DNA of 29,901 nt from Opitutales bacterium (GTDB lineage: Bacteria; Verrucomicrobiota; Verrucomicrobiia; Opitutales; UBA2987): contig CBDDEL010000004.1 in the NCBI GenBank assembly GCA_965226885.1, forward strand, positions 1 to 29,901, given 5' to 3'. Both the position numbers and the translations under genes were made by a program. Shown here one piece after another: positions 9,749 to 20,987 of this stretch. The notes below the pieces were generated by a model. The model had not been told where the DNA came from. It did not search any database and saw only the letters and a program-made list of their open reading frames with translations. How positions within the stretch are numbered: position 1 is the stretch's first letter; every line of letters starts with the position of its first letter.

Positions 9749-11572
9749 GAGGCTGTCCCAAAAATATAAAGATTTTGTAGTCAACTGGATGACGTTTATA
9801 AAAATAGCCAGAAAGAGCATTTTTTTGCTCGATCCGGCTAAAAAAGGGTTCTATAATTGCGTTAGCGAAAATCAATATAGCCCTTTCTATGAAAAATATA
9901 GCCATCCAATGCCTCCTGCGTCCAGCTTTAACTGTGGTCGACCGTTGCCTCGATTACGATAACTTTCGCGCCACCATCGAGCGTATCGACCGGCTGCTGA
10001 TCGATTCGGAGGTGGAATCGCAGGGCGTTGATCTGGCCTTGGAAAGAGGCCAGCCAATGAGTGTAAAGGCCCGGCAAAAGCGGGCTAATTTTGCCCTCAA
10101 GGCGTTGCGTATGGAAACGCTGCGTTATCTGCTCGGTGGGATTTCGTTTCGGCATTTGTCGAGGGCTCTGGGCAGCAGCGATCTGTTGGCTGACTTTTGT
10201 CGTGTCCGCCATATCGACGGCATAAGGGGCATCTCCAAGAGCACCCTGGAACGGGCCTCGAAGTTTTTCAGCGAAGAGCAGTTGAGGGCCTTGCACCGGA
10301 CCTTGACTGAGGTTGTGGGCGATGCCGATCTGGCCCGGCAGGTGGTGGGATTGGACAAGCCGATAGACACCACCATTTGCCTGATCGACGGCATCTGTTT
10401 GGAGGTCAACATTCATTGGCCGACGGACTGGGTGCTGCTCAAGGATGTAGCGGGCACGCTGCTCAAAGCGATCCGGCTGATCCGTGAGAAGGCCGGTTTG
10501 CGCCATCGCATGCCAATCGAACCGGAGCCCTTGGCTCGGCAGATGAATCGGCTGTGCATACAGATGACCCACAGCCGGCGGCGAAAGGACAGCGCGCGGC
10601 AACGCAAGGGTATCTTGAGGCAGATGAAAAAGCTGCTCAAACGGATCGGGGAGCATGCCCGCAGTCACCGGGAATTATTGCAAGCCTGCTGGGAGCAAAG
10701 CGATTACAGCGAAAAACAGGTCCAACAGATCCTTACCCGGATGGAGCGCATGAGCGAGCTAATCCCGGTGGTCATCAAGCAAGCGCACGAGCGAATCATT
10801 GGCGGCCGCCAGGTGAAAAACGCAGAGAAAGTTTTGAGTGTTTACGAACCCGATACGCAGGTGATTGTGCGAGGCAAAGCGGGCCAAGAGGTTGAGTTTG
10901 GCAACACCCTGTTTTTGGGTGAAAGCGTTGAAGGATACCTGCTGGACTGGAAACTCTACGGCAGCCGGACGCCAAGCGAAAATGAACAAATGCAAGAGAG
11001 TTTGCAAAGACAGAACCGCTTCAACCTAGCCGAACCCATAGCGGCCATGTGCGCGGACCGGGGATTCGCCTTCCAGCGGGCCCGCCGGCAGTTAGCCCAG
11101 GAGGGCATCTACGATGCGCTCTGTCCACGCGATCCGAAGCAGTTGAAAAAACGGATGGAGGAACCACACTTCAGGCAATTGCAAAAGCGCCGGGCCAGCA
11201 CCGAAGGGCGGATCGGGGTATTGAAGAATCGCTGGCAGGCCGGGCGATTGCGCAGCAAAGGCTTTGCCAACCGCTCGATCAGCGTAGCCTGGTCGGTCCT
11301 CTCGCACAATCTATGGAAAGTGGCCAAGATGCTGGCCCAGCAAGATGAACTAAAAACCAAAGCGGCGGCCTAAATAAAGAGCGGAAAAGCAAGGACAATA
11401 CTTTTTCACAGGCCTACTGTCGGCCCATACAAAGAAAACCAGGCAACCGGACCCCAAAACCAGAATCCTAACGTCATAGGAGAGCAAAGTCACCCCCTCC
11501 CAAAAGAAAATACCACTAAAATGAACACTCTTCAAAATCCCCTCGCAAAAATCACCCTTTTGGGACAGCCTC
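9749..11572 (+). mobile_element. IS5/ISNCY-like insertion sequence, copy 2 (1824 bp)
   Basis: 14-bp TIRs and a 7-bp TSD TAATCTA (9742-9748, 11573-11579). Confidence 0.95.
9889..11373 (+). CDS. DDE transposase, 494 aa (IS5/ISNCY-like)
   Basis: Motifs IDGxCLEVNIHWPTD, SVYEPD..IVRGKAG..VEFG, ADRGF and RASTEGRIGVLK. Three residues differ from copy 3. Confidence 0.9.
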   Translation: MKNIAIQCLLRPALTVVDRCLDYDNFRATIERIDRLLIDSEVESQGVDLALERGQPMSVKARQKRANFALKALRMETLRYLLGGISFRHLSRALGSSDLLADFCRVRHIDGIRGISKSTLERASKFFSEEQLRALHRTLTEVVGDADLARQVVGLDKPIDTTICLIDGICLEVNIHWPTDWVLLKDVAGTLLKAIRLIREKAGLRHRMPIEPEPLARQMNRLCIQMTHSRRRKDSARQRKGILRQMKKLLKRIGEHARSHRELLQACWEQSDYSEKQVQQILTRMERMSELIPVVIKQAHERIIGGRQVKNAEKVLSVYEPDTQVIVRGKAGQEVEFGNTLFLGESVEGYLLDWKLYGSRTPSENEQMQESLQRQNRFNLAEPIAAMCADRGFAFQRARRQLAQEGIYDALCPRDPKQLKKRMEEPHFRQLQKRRASTEGRIGVLKNRWQAGRLRSKGFANRSISVAWSVLSHNLWKVAKMLAQQDELKTKAAA

Positions 11573-12609
11573 TAATCTATCTTGATTATTACCTGCGCGC
11601 TGAATAAGGATCGATTCGGCATCCTCCAATATGACAACACCTTTTCGTGAATCCCTGTTTTTTTCCTTAAGCCAGAATTCAAAACAATCGGAGTCAGACA
11701 AAAGACGATAACAATCAACGGGAACAAAATAAAACCGGTGGGTCATTGACATTTTTTCTACTAAATGACGGATAAACGTTGTTTTTCCAGTACCGGGAGG
11801 GCCTCTGAAAATACAAAGCCCGACAGAACTCGAATTCAATTTCTCGGTCATCCGCTTTTCCCATTCCTTGAATCCTCGGCCATAATAAAAATCCAGATCC
11901 TCATCTGCCATAAGGTAGCTTTTATCCATCTCAATTACATCAACTTTGGGGGAGCAATAGGTTGACGAAACCATCAGGAAGGTCGAGATCCCCGACCCAC
12001 TTCGAAGGAATCGCTTGGAAAGCGACTTAGAATGGGAATCCGCTTCGGCCAAAGAAGGGGCATAAATCACCAAAGTGTTTGAGCGTACCCCGCAGGAAAT
12101 GTAAGTGTTTTTACAGAGGTTGATCACATATTCAAATAGCCTTGGCGCCTTAAATTCCTTCCGGTGATCCAATTCACTCAGTAACCACACTATTCGATCT
12201 TTAAATTCAGATGCCAACCGGTCAAAATCCCAGGAATCATGGTAGGACAATGCGTGAAAGCCCAACCTATCGTCTCTTCTTATAGTAAAGCATGAACTTC
12301 CATTCTCGCCAGGATGGGAGCCAAACTCAATTTTGCCATTTAAATGCTTTTTCACTCTCATTATTTTTTGGGTTCGATTGATTGCATTGGAAAAACTTTT
12401 TCCCTTAGCGGAGGGAAAGTATTGTTTCTGTCTATTCTTTGTTGCCGCCTCTTTACAGCCGACTGGTCTCCGGTAAGCTGTTTACAAGATGATTTTTCCG
12501 ACCACTTCATTATTCATTGAGTTTCGGTATTAAAAACCTTGTTCGTTTATAAGCAGAAGTTGAAAAATAAATTCATATCGGTATAACCGAAGCATAGGGA
12601 AACGGCTCA

Positions 12610-14523
12610 TTAACTTGCTCCACCTGCCAATGCATCATCCAGCGCCGCTTGCACCACGGGCAGGAGTTCGATCATCTTGCGCAGACCTGCGGCGCGGATG
12701 AGTTCCCAGCGCGCGAATTTGCCGTTTGTCCCGTTGAATTGCTGAACGGCGCGATGAATCCGCCTGAGGGCGAATGTCTCCGAGGTTTCGGTGACTATTT
12801 CAATCATCGTTTTGGTGAGCGGCATTTTGTGCAGGGCATTTGAGAGGATGGCGCAATCTCCCATTTCTCGCCCAATGACGTTACGGGTGATACGGCAGAG
12901 TTTGCCGGGGCAAATGCTTAGTTGACGGGCAATTTCTTCAACCTGAATGACGAGTTTTTCGTCGCGCACGGCCCAGTCGACCATGGACCGAGGAGAGAAG
13001 GTCTGAGCGTGCGGGGGCAGGTGGTTTTTCAGCCACGAGCGGTCATGCTGGTATAACCAAGAGTAGATCCCGCGGTCGATGGTTCGAAGTTGTTTCGTAC
13101 CCTTGTCCGGATATGCTTTGCGTAGGTTTAACCAAGCGGCCCGCTGGAATTTTACCGTATAAGTTTTCTTTCGCGCCCGAGGCGTATAGATTCCCTCTCT
13201 CTTGGTCGGGCGAACCCCCGGGCGTGGAAAGGACAATTCTTGGAAGTGCGCGTGCTGTTTTACTGTTTTCGGGTCAACGCCGAGGGTGGCGGCGATCTGA
13301 CGCAGCGTGAGGCGCTCGTCGAGCCATAATTTCTTCAACCGTAATTCCCACTTTTTCCCGCGAGTGCGGACAAAATCTGGTTTGACTGCCGGTTTCTCCC
13401 AATGGTGCAGGCCATAAGTGTATGCGCATTCAGGACATGTGAAAATGCCGATGTCAATGCGCCGTTTGCGATCGTATTGGAGCTCATATTTCGTGATGGC
13501 CGGTTGCTTGAAATGCGGACAGACGGGATTCAAGCATAGCCATGGACCCTTTTTTTCTCGCCTCGCCGTTCCCAATGAACGGGCGCGGTCGTGGTAAAAG
13601 AAATGTTCTGGGGAGACCTGCAGAAAATTCATTAATAGCAAATGGCGTAATGGGGCCATCATGTTTCTCGAAGGTCTCAGCATGCGGGCGAGCCAGACAT
13701 TTGATTTGTCCTCGTGAACGGGTGATTGGAACACATTTAGGATTTCGGCGGAAAAATGCTCCCGGAATTGTGAAATCAACTCACGGAGGCGGACGTATCC
13801 ACTCTTTGTCGCCAGTGATCGCTGTTGCAACAGTTCGACGTAGCGATTACGAATGGATTCCAGGTCGGAACCCAAATCGGGATGAGACAAAATCCATTCG
13901 ATGTCTTTGGCTAACTGCAGAAAGATATTGTCGGTTAAATTGTGGCGGTCGATCGGCTTCGTCGCGGTTATCAGTCCAGCGGTTTCCGCCGAAAAGAACC
14001 GGTGCCGAGTGGTTTGGGGATGAAAGCGGATGTCGGAGGTATTGAGAATGATCTCGTGTCTCGGACAGATCTCGACACCAGTCAATTGAAAGTGTCGGTG
14101 CCAATACGTTTCATCGTATTTTTCCAGGTTTTCGGTATTGCATATGGGACAAAACCGAAAATATCGGGGCGGTTTTACGCGGTTGGTACAGATACCGCAC
14201 CGTGTGCGTACGGAGGCATCATCACTTGTTCGCATGAACCCTCGAATGGACTCCCTCGCGTTCGAATCGATGAATGGCGCGTAATACGGAAAGAGGGTAT
14301 GATCGGAGATTATGCCATCCACGGTGTAGGCGTTTCCAGGGGGTAAGGCGCTGACGATTCTCTCTAGGTGATTGGGCAGGTCTACCACAGCGATAGCATG
14401 GCGGCGGCCGAACAGCGCACGCATTACCCCGCCTGTGGTGGGATATCGCATCCGATTGCTGAAGCGGACGCAGATGCTGTAGAAAAGCTCGTCCTGATAG
14501 GATGTTGGTAAATGCCCGATCAT
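12610..14523 (-). CDS. tnsD: TnsD/TniQ family target-selection protein, 637 aa
   Basis: N-terminus P..DELFYSICVR, HTLFPYY, zinc-finger RFCPIC...YWHRHFQL.GVEICPRH and a second Cys cluster (WLCLNPVC, CPEC). Overlaps the tnsC stop. Confidence 0.88.
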   Translation of the reverse strand: MIGHLPTSYQDELFYSICVRFSNRMRYPTTGGVMRALFGRRHAIAVVDLPNHLERIVSALPPGNAYTVDGIISDHTLFPYYAPFIDSNARESIRGFMRTSDDASVRTRCGICTNRVKPPRYFRFCPICNTENLEKYDETYWHRHFQLTGVEICPRHEIILNTSDIRFHPQTTRHRFFSAETAGLITATKPIDRHNLTDNIFLQLAKDIEWILSHPDLGSDLESIRNRYVELLQQRSLATKSGYVRLRELISQFREHFSAEILNVFQSPVHEDKSNVWLARMLRPSRNMMAPLRHLLLMNFLQVSPEHFFYHDRARSLGTARREKKGPWLCLNPVCPHFKQPAITKYELQYDRKRRIDIGIFTCPECAYTYGLHHWEKPAVKPDFVRTRGKKWELRLKKLWLDERLTLRQIAATLGVDPKTVKQHAHFQELSFPRPGVRPTKREGIYTPRARKKTYTVKFQRAAWLNLRKAYPDKGTKQLRTIDRGIYSWLYQHDRSWLKNHLPPHAQTFSPRSMVDWAVRDEKLVIQVEEIARQLSICPGKLCRITRNVIGREMGDCAILSNALHKMPLTKTMIEIVTETSETFALRRIHRAVQQFNGTNGKFARWELIRAAGLRKMIELLPVVQAALDDALAGGAS

Positions 14524-16097
14524 GCCACATCGTCGAGGAATTCTGCCGCTGATTTGATAAAACCTTTTGCCTTCAAGGCATCGAATGGAGAAAGCCCTTC
14601 CGCCTCACCATGAGCGACAACTTCCATCAGACTATCAGGCGGGAAGGTTCCCTTTTTTCGCTTGGCACGTTTGGAAATGCGTCGAGGCTTTTTGGGAGAA
14701 CGTTTGACCGATGATTCGGGGCGAGCACTTGAGGTTTCGGTTTGAACCCGGTTTCTGGCTGCATGCGGACCGTTTGGACTGGCTGATGCTATTACTCTAC
14801 CGGCCGCTACATTCCGTTGTTCCCTTTGAATTTCACGGTCGATTTCAACCGGGTAAACATCATTCAAAGAGCGCAGGGCCATGGTGTCTCCGGTTCTGAG
14901 GGCTCTCAAAACCGGTTGAGCCATTTTAAATGAGTCGACCGCTACCGAGCGGATTATTCCGGGCGTAATACATTTTTTGCCAGTAGTTATGGCTCGGACC
15001 TGTGCCAGCATAAACATTTTAACCGCGAAATCCAAAACACCTTGGGACTCGTCATAAAGAGTGCGGTTGAAATCATCGGTTAATGGAACTACATCTTGAG
15101 TGTACTGGTACCGCCATAAGGCCTTTAGAAAATACCGCCACTCCTCGTCATTACGCATCCTATCCCAGCGCATTTCTCCCTGGCCCGAACCGCGTCGGAT
15201 CTGACGAAATTTAGCGGACAGCATGGGCTCGGCCTTATATGTGCCGATAAGAACGACGGGCAATCCGATGGTGTTGATCAGCTGGACGAAGAAATTCAGC
15301 ATCTTCTCCGCACCGCCAGACTTGCTTACGCACAAATGTTGTATTTCGTCGATCACGAGCACTCCAATCGAATGAATTGAGGCAATTCGTGACATGGCGG
15401 GAAGAAGCTCATCTACGGTTTTCCTACGGCTACTAGAATATTCGTGATAATAGTCGGTTCCGAGAACGTGGTCCAAAGATTGAAAGAAATTCAGGCAAAG
15501 ACCTTTTATCGAACCATCGAATGGACACGCTAGTTTCAGCCACACAACTTGGGTGCGATTGAAGGGGATTCCACGGTAAAGGCTGTGGTCGATGACCTGA
15601 GGATAAAGATCTAAGGTTTCCTCCGCGGCGGTCGTTTTGCCCCCGCCTGATATTCCGATTATTGTAAAACCATTGGCAGTAGATCGATAGACAGGTTTTG
15701 TGATCGAGGACTGGCGAGTTGCCTGAACACGACCCTCCAACTCCTTCCAATGATTCCTTGCCAATGGATTACGGGCCAGATAACCAGAACGGATCATGCG
15801 CGAGAATCTCTGTTCCAGCTCAATATGGATGGACATCGGAGCGAAGAATTGGAGCGTATTTGAAATCATGTGTAGACGCAAATGTCCCGGATAACTTCGA
15901 TCTGCATCCGAATACTCAGGATAACTTGCCAGAGCGCGGCAGATCTCGTCCGGACTGAGGATTGGTGGTAGCGCTTCAATCAGCGGATTATCTCTATACA
16001 TAGTGAGAATAGGATCACAGTAGGAGGCCAGTTCGCGCCTACCAGCAAATACTTCAAAAGGCGGAGGATCTTTCGGCATATTCATGAATTTTTCCAC
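14520..16097 (-). CDS. tnsC: TnsC AAA+ transposition regulator ATPase
   Basis: Motifs YRDNPLIEALP, Walker A GISGGGKT, LACPFDGS and Walker B LVIDEIQHL. Lies between tnsB and tnsD. Confidence 0.92.
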   Translation of the reverse strand: MEKFMNMPKDPPPFEVFAGRRELASYCDPILTMYRDNPLIEALPPILSPDEICRALASYPEYSDADRSYPGHLRLHMISNTLQFFAPMSIHIELEQRFSRMIRSGYLARNPLARNHWKELEGRVQATRQSSITKPVYRSTANGFTIIGISGGGKTTAAEETLDLYPQVIDHSLYRGIPFNRTQVVWLKLACPFDGSIKGLCLNFFQSLDHVLGTDYYHEYSSSRRKTVDELLPAMSRIASIHSIGVLVIDEIQHLCVSKSGGAEKMLNFFVQLINTIGLPVVLIGTYKAEPMLSAKFRQIRRGSGQGEMRWDRMRNDEEWRYFLKALWRYQYTQDVVPLTDDFNRTLYDESQGVLDFAVKMFMLAQVRAITTGKKCITPGIIRSVAVDSFKMAQPVLRALRTGDTMALRSLNDVYPVEIDREIQREQRNVAAGRVIASASPNGPHAARNRVQTETSSARPESSVKRSPKKPRRISKRAKRKKGTFPPDSLMEVVAHGEAEGLSPFDALKAKGFIKSAAEFLDDVA

Positions 16098-18260
16098 TGT
16101 TGTTCCTGATGAGTTACCAGCAGTTTCAGTTGCGACGGAGGCGGGGTATAAGATTCGACGTCAGGCTCATGCGACTTTCCTGGGTCAATATCTTCCATCA
16201 GTTTCTCTTCCTCTAACGGTTTTGTTAAAACAGCGAGTCGGCGTTCATGTTCACGCTCAAGTTTCCGATTGGCGCGAATTCCAGTGACACGAGCCCTATT
16301 GCTCTGTCCTGTTTGCGCGGTTTTTGTCTGTTCTGCGGCCGAAGAGACGATGGCGTCGGCCTTTGCTCGAAAATCGGTTTTGGATTGGCGGTCGCTCGTT
16401 GCTGCGAGTTCCTTTTGCATTTTTTGCACCTGAGCTTGCGCATGGAGTTCGACCCAGGCGCGTCCATGGAAGCGCTGGTCAGGATCCACAAGTTTGCATG
16501 CTTCGGGAGGTGTGTTGCCGTCCGGGCGAAGATAGATAAAATCCACGCTCCTAGGATCATAGGCGATGTCGATTTTCCATGTACCAGTGGTACGAGCGCG
16601 AACGAACCACCGTTCTTTAATAGCCCTTTCGCAGGCGTAGAAAACTTTTTTGAAGCAAATACCCTTTGATGTGACGGTGGCTTTTGCCGGGGGTAACAGG
16701 TTCATCCGCAGAAGGCTTGGATCCATTTGACGCAGATGCCCGGAAAGGTTATTGATGCCCCACTCCCAGAGGTTGATCGGCCGTGGTTCCAATTGGTCCG
16801 CCATCATTGATTCGTCCAATCGATAGTTTGTTAATAGCGACTGATTGTGTTCCAAGATAAAGTGGATGATGAGTTTAGTAAATTGGTGAAGGTCAAGAAC
16901 AGCATCGAGGCGGTAATCCCGGTCTCCTCGCTCACGGTCTTTCTTTACGTGACCGGGAAGCCAATGAATGACGCAATCATTAACGGTTCGAAAGCTTCTC
17001 TCAACCAAACCTTTAAGATCGGCTCTGTAAGGGGGTGTATTATCCAATTTTATATTCAGACTGTTTATCAGAGTATCGGCCTTGGGACCCTCTAATTCGC
17101 CCCGGTCGGCAACGATGCACTCCGGGATGTGCCGACAGGGCCAATCCTCCCGCGAAATCGTGATGCCGTAATGTTCACAAAATTCGACTTTGTCCGAAGC
17201 TGCATTTTCGATGGCCAAAGCCGCCGCCTGGTAGCTTGCATTCTCAGTGGTAACATTGAATCCGACAATCATCCTAGAAAAAACATCCACGAGAAAGTAA
17301 AGAGTCGGGCGACCAATAATTCGGCTTCGGTCCAGGGAACTGACGAGGTAAATATCCGCAGTGGTGGCATCGATTTGGTAAACGCAACCGGGACCGAACA
17401 CAGTCTTAGAGGAATCGCCAATGACGGCTCGATTACGTAGATGGAAGTGTCGTTGGCCTTTTCGCGCTTTCAAAGTATTCGAAAGGTCCCTGTCCTTGTA
17501 ATAGACATACTTAAACTGCCGGAACGAGGGAAGCTCATGGACAGGTGGTAATACTGGGACCATTCGATCATCGATTAAATCGTAACGAATATGAAAAAGT
17601 CTTCCAATGTCCGATCGTAAGCTTCTTCCAACGTGTATTTCCCTCTTAATCTGGGATTGTCATGGAACCGTTTGATGCCTTGACGAATTTTGTCCTTTTC
17701 TTCTGGGCCAATATTAATCCCATCCTGAACTCCCATGACCCTTCGCGTTTGGTTCGGCCGCCCCCGTTTTTTTGCACCGGGAGCCCGTAATTTCCCTTTG
17801 CCTCCACATTTGTGGAAACATGGAAGCAAAGCGTTTTCGCGCAACCGTAGCGCCAGTATTTCCTAAGGTAGTTGTAAATATATTTCTTCTTTTTACCGGT
17901 GCGCACCATTGTTTCCAGAATCAGCTTTCCACGAATTTTGGAGTCGAACGCACCGTGGTCGGGAACCTCTATGATCGATTTAATTACTGCCCATGCGCAA
18001 TCGCGACGTTTTCGGTGATATTCCGGGATAGATTTCTCTTGCCGGTGTAATTGGGGAGACGAAACGGGGGGTAGAAGCGTGCAATCCTTACGCTCAAGTG
18101 CATCAAGAATCTCGGATTTTGGATGAGATATCGGGAGAGCGTTTGGATCAGAGATTGTGAATAGAACAACACAATCGGGCGTCATCGCGAGTATCCGATC
18201 GATACGTTTCTCGCTCCCTAAATCGGACCATTCGAGTGTCATGTTTACAGTGAGATTCAT
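16082..18260 (-). pseudogene. tnsB: TnsB DDE transposase in three frames (two single-T deletions; may be intact in vivo)
   Basis: DDE motifs YQIDAT, IVADRGE and KGLVERSF. Adding one T at ~17843 and one at ~17596 gives a continuous 726-aa ORF. Confidence 0.88.
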
Positions 18261-18267
18261 GGGCTGA

Positions 18268-19104
18268 TTACGCTGCGTCCACGGTTTGGGCCGTCGACGC
18301 GGGCGTTTTGGTGAAAATCAGTGGAGAGGTCGGATCGATGCGCCGGGTCATCTTCACAGCCCAGCGACGCGTCGCGATGAAATGCCTGACTAATGAGAGG
18401 GCCGTTCCCGGCTCCAAACCGAGTCTGTCGTCGCATTCTGAAGTAGCTCGTGAAGGTGCCGTTTTAGAAGATATCAATGGAATGAGGAAGGTTTCGATTT
18501 GCTCGAGCCCTTTTTCAGCCAGAGACAGGCCTTCTGGAAGATCGCGAAAATTGTGCACCCATTCAATATTCCGGGCGACCGTCTTGGTTACCCGATCTTC
18601 ACAAATGATGCCCCAATTGGTCTTTCTGGCCTTCCAATACTCCAGTTCGATGGCAAACTTTTCAATGCCCCGAGAGGACGCGAGCTCATTGGAAGGTTTC
18701 ACGGTGCGCGCCACTTCAGTCTCATTTAGTCCATTCCTGATCGTTAGCAGAAAATCCGTAGTCATCACCACCGGGCTTCGAGTTTTTGGGTCGGATGGGT
18801 GTCGAACCCCCAATCGTTCAGCGATGGCAATCGTTTTTTCAATTGGTAAAAGGGGAAATTGCTCCCGAATGTCGACAACTTGCTTCGCGTAGTCGAAAAC
18901 ATAAAAGTTTGCAGTTTCCCCCCGACTGAGGAGATGGTGGATCCGGGACGTCGTCCAGCCGTTGATTCGACTAGACACTCCATTGGAGCCGACATCGTGG
19001 ATATTGAGCCACGGCGTGTAAGCGGCTCCCCGACCTTGCCCGCGCCCCTCGGAAATCCGTTTCTCTATAGTCGTAGCGGTGGTCTCTCTTTTGCGTTTGG
19101 GCAT
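18268..19104 (-). CDS. tnsA: TnsA endonuclease
   Basis: Motifs EGRGQGRG..YTPWL, HHLLSRGE, DIREQFPLL, VMTTDFL, ARTVKP and ELEYW. Confidence 0.93.
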   Translation of the reverse strand: MPKRKRETTATTIEKRISEGRGQGRGAAYTPWLNIHDVGSNGVSSRINGWTTSRIHHLLSRGETANFYVFDYAKQVVDIREQFPLLPIEKTIAIAERLGVRHPSDPKTRSPVVMTTDFLLTIRNGLNETEVARTVKPSNELASSRGIEKFAIELEYWKARKTNWGIICEDRVTKTVARNIEWVHNFRDLPEGLSLAEKGLEQIETFLIPLISSKTAPSRATSECDDRLGLEPGTALSLVRHFIATRRWAVKMTRRIDPTSPLIFTKTPASTAQTVDAA

Positions 19105-19156
19105 GGGGTTTAAAATTTGGATGATTAAAAATTAAGCTCGTAAAAGTCCTATAATA

Positions 19157-20980
19157 GAGGCTGTCCCAAAAATATAAAGATTTTGTAGTCAACTGGATGA
19201 CGTTTATAAAAATAGCCGGAAAGAGCATTTTTTTGCTCGATCCGGCTAAAAAAGGGTTCTATAATTGCGTTAGCGAAAATCAATATAGCCCTTTCTATGA
19301 AAAATATAGCCATCCAATGCCTCCTGCGTCCAGCTTTAACTGTGGTCGACCGTTGCCTCGATTACGATAACTTTCGCGCCACCATCGAGCGTATCGACCG
19401 GCTGCTGATCGATTCGGAGGTGGAATCGCAGGGCGTTGATCTGGCCTTGGAAAGAGGCCAGCCAATGAGTGTAAAGGCCCGGCAAAAGCGGGCTAATTTT
19501 GCCCTCAAGGCGTTGCGTATGGAAACGCTGCGTTATCTGCTCGGTGGGATTTCGTTTCGGCATTTGTCGAGGGCTCTGGGCAGCAGCGATCTGTTGGCTG
19601 ACTTTTGTCGTGTCCGCCATATCGACGGCATAAGGGGCATCTCCAAGAGCACCCTGGAACGGGCCTCGAAGTTTTTCAGCGAAGAGCAGTTGAGGGCCTT
19701 GCACCGGACCTTGACTGAGGTTGTGGGCGATGCCGATCTGGCCCGGCAGGTGGTGGGATTGGACAAGCCGATAGACACCACCATTTGCCTGATCGACGGC
19801 ACCTGTTTGGAGGTCAACATTCATTGGCCGACGGACTGGGTGCTGCTCAAGGATGTAGCGGGCACGCTGCTCAAAGCGATCCGGCTGATCCGTGAGAAGG
19901 CCGGTTTGCGCCATCGCATGCCGATCGAACCGGAGCCTTTGGCTCGGCAGATGAATCGGCTGTGCATACAGATGACCCACAGCCGGCGGCGAAAGGACAG
20001 CGCGCGGCAACGCAAGGGTATCTTGAGGCAGATGAAAAAGCTGCTCAAACGGATCGGGGAGCATGCCCGCAGTCACCGGGAATTATTGCAAGCCTGCTGG
20101 GAGCAAAGCGATTACAGCGAAAAACAGGTCCAACAGATCCTTACCCGGATGGAGCGCATGAGCGAGCTAATCCCGGTGGTCATCAAGCAAGCGCACGAGC
20201 GAATCATTGGCGGCCGCCAGGTGAAAAACGCAGAGAAAGTTTTGAGTGTTTACGAACCCGATGCGCAGGTGATTGTGCGAGGCAAAGCGGGCCAAGAGGT
20301 TGAGTTTGGCAACACCCTGTTTTTGGGTGAAAGCGTTGAAGGATACCTGCTGGACTGGAAACTCTACGGCAGCCGGACGCCAAGCGAAAATGAACAAATG
20401 CAAGAGAGTTTGCAAAGACAGAACCGCTTCAACCTAGCCGAACCCATAGCGGCCATGTGCGCGGACCGGGGATTCGCCTCCCAGCGGGCCCGCCGGCAGT
20501 TAGCCCAGGAGGGCATCTACGATGCGCTCTGTCCACGCGATCCGAAGCAGTTGAAAAAACGGATGGAGGAACCACACTTCAGGCAATTGCAAAAGCGCCG
20601 GGCCAGCACCGAAGGGCGGATCGGGGTATTGAAGAATCGCTGGCAGGCCGGGCGATTGCGCAGCAAAGGCTTTGCCAACCGCTCGATCAGCGTAGCCTGG
20701 TCGGTCCTCTCGCACAATCTATGGAAAGTGGCCAAGATGCTGGCCCAGCAAGATGAACTAAAAACCAAAGCGGCGGCCTAAATAAAGAGCGGAAAAGCAA
20801 GGACAATACTTTTTCACAGGCCTACTGTCGGCCCATACAAAGAAAACCAGGCAAACGGACCCCAAAACCAGAATCCTAACGTCATAGGAGAGCAAAGTCA
20901 CCCCCTCCCAAAAGAAAATACCTCTAAAATGAACACTCTTCAAAATCCCCTCGCAAAAATCACCCTTTTGGGACAGCCTC
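19157..20980 (+). mobile_element. IS5/ISNCY-like insertion sequence, copy 3 (1824 bp)
   Basis: 14-bp TIRs and a 7-bp TSD TATAATA (19150-19156, 20981-20987). Confidence 0.95.
19297..20781 (+). CDS. DDE transposase, 494 aa (IS5/ISNCY-like), intact
   Basis: Uninterrupted ORF with DGT, DRG and E(GRIG) catalytic motifs. Confidence 0.92.
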   Translation: MKNIAIQCLLRPALTVVDRCLDYDNFRATIERIDRLLIDSEVESQGVDLALERGQPMSVKARQKRANFALKALRMETLRYLLGGISFRHLSRALGSSDLLADFCRVRHIDGIRGISKSTLERASKFFSEEQLRALHRTLTEVVGDADLARQVVGLDKPIDTTICLIDGTCLEVNIHWPTDWVLLKDVAGTLLKAIRLIREKAGLRHRMPIEPEPLARQMNRLCIQMTHSRRRKDSARQRKGILRQMKKLLKRIGEHARSHRELLQACWEQSDYSEKQVQQILTRMERMSELIPVVIKQAHERIIGGRQVKNAEKVLSVYEPDAQVIVRGKAGQEVEFGNTLFLGESVEGYLLDWKLYGSRTPSENEQMQESLQRQNRFNLAEPIAAMCADRGFASQRARRQLAQEGIYDALCPRDPKQLKKRMEEPHFRQLQKRRASTEGRIGVLKNRWQAGRLRSKGFANRSISVAWSVLSHNLWKVAKMLAQQDELKTKAAA

Positions 20981-20987
20981 TATAATA

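Larger units (their letters stand above)
9436..12361 (-). pseudogene. AAA+ ATPase interrupted by IS copy 2
   Basis: Walker A GPPGTGKT and Walker B VVILEDAE. Removing the IS plus one 7-bp TSD gives an in-frame 364-aa ORF (..NNQDRLGGFLNLGDGFMGD..ICTIN..LDSAVTRNGRL). Confidence 0.9.
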
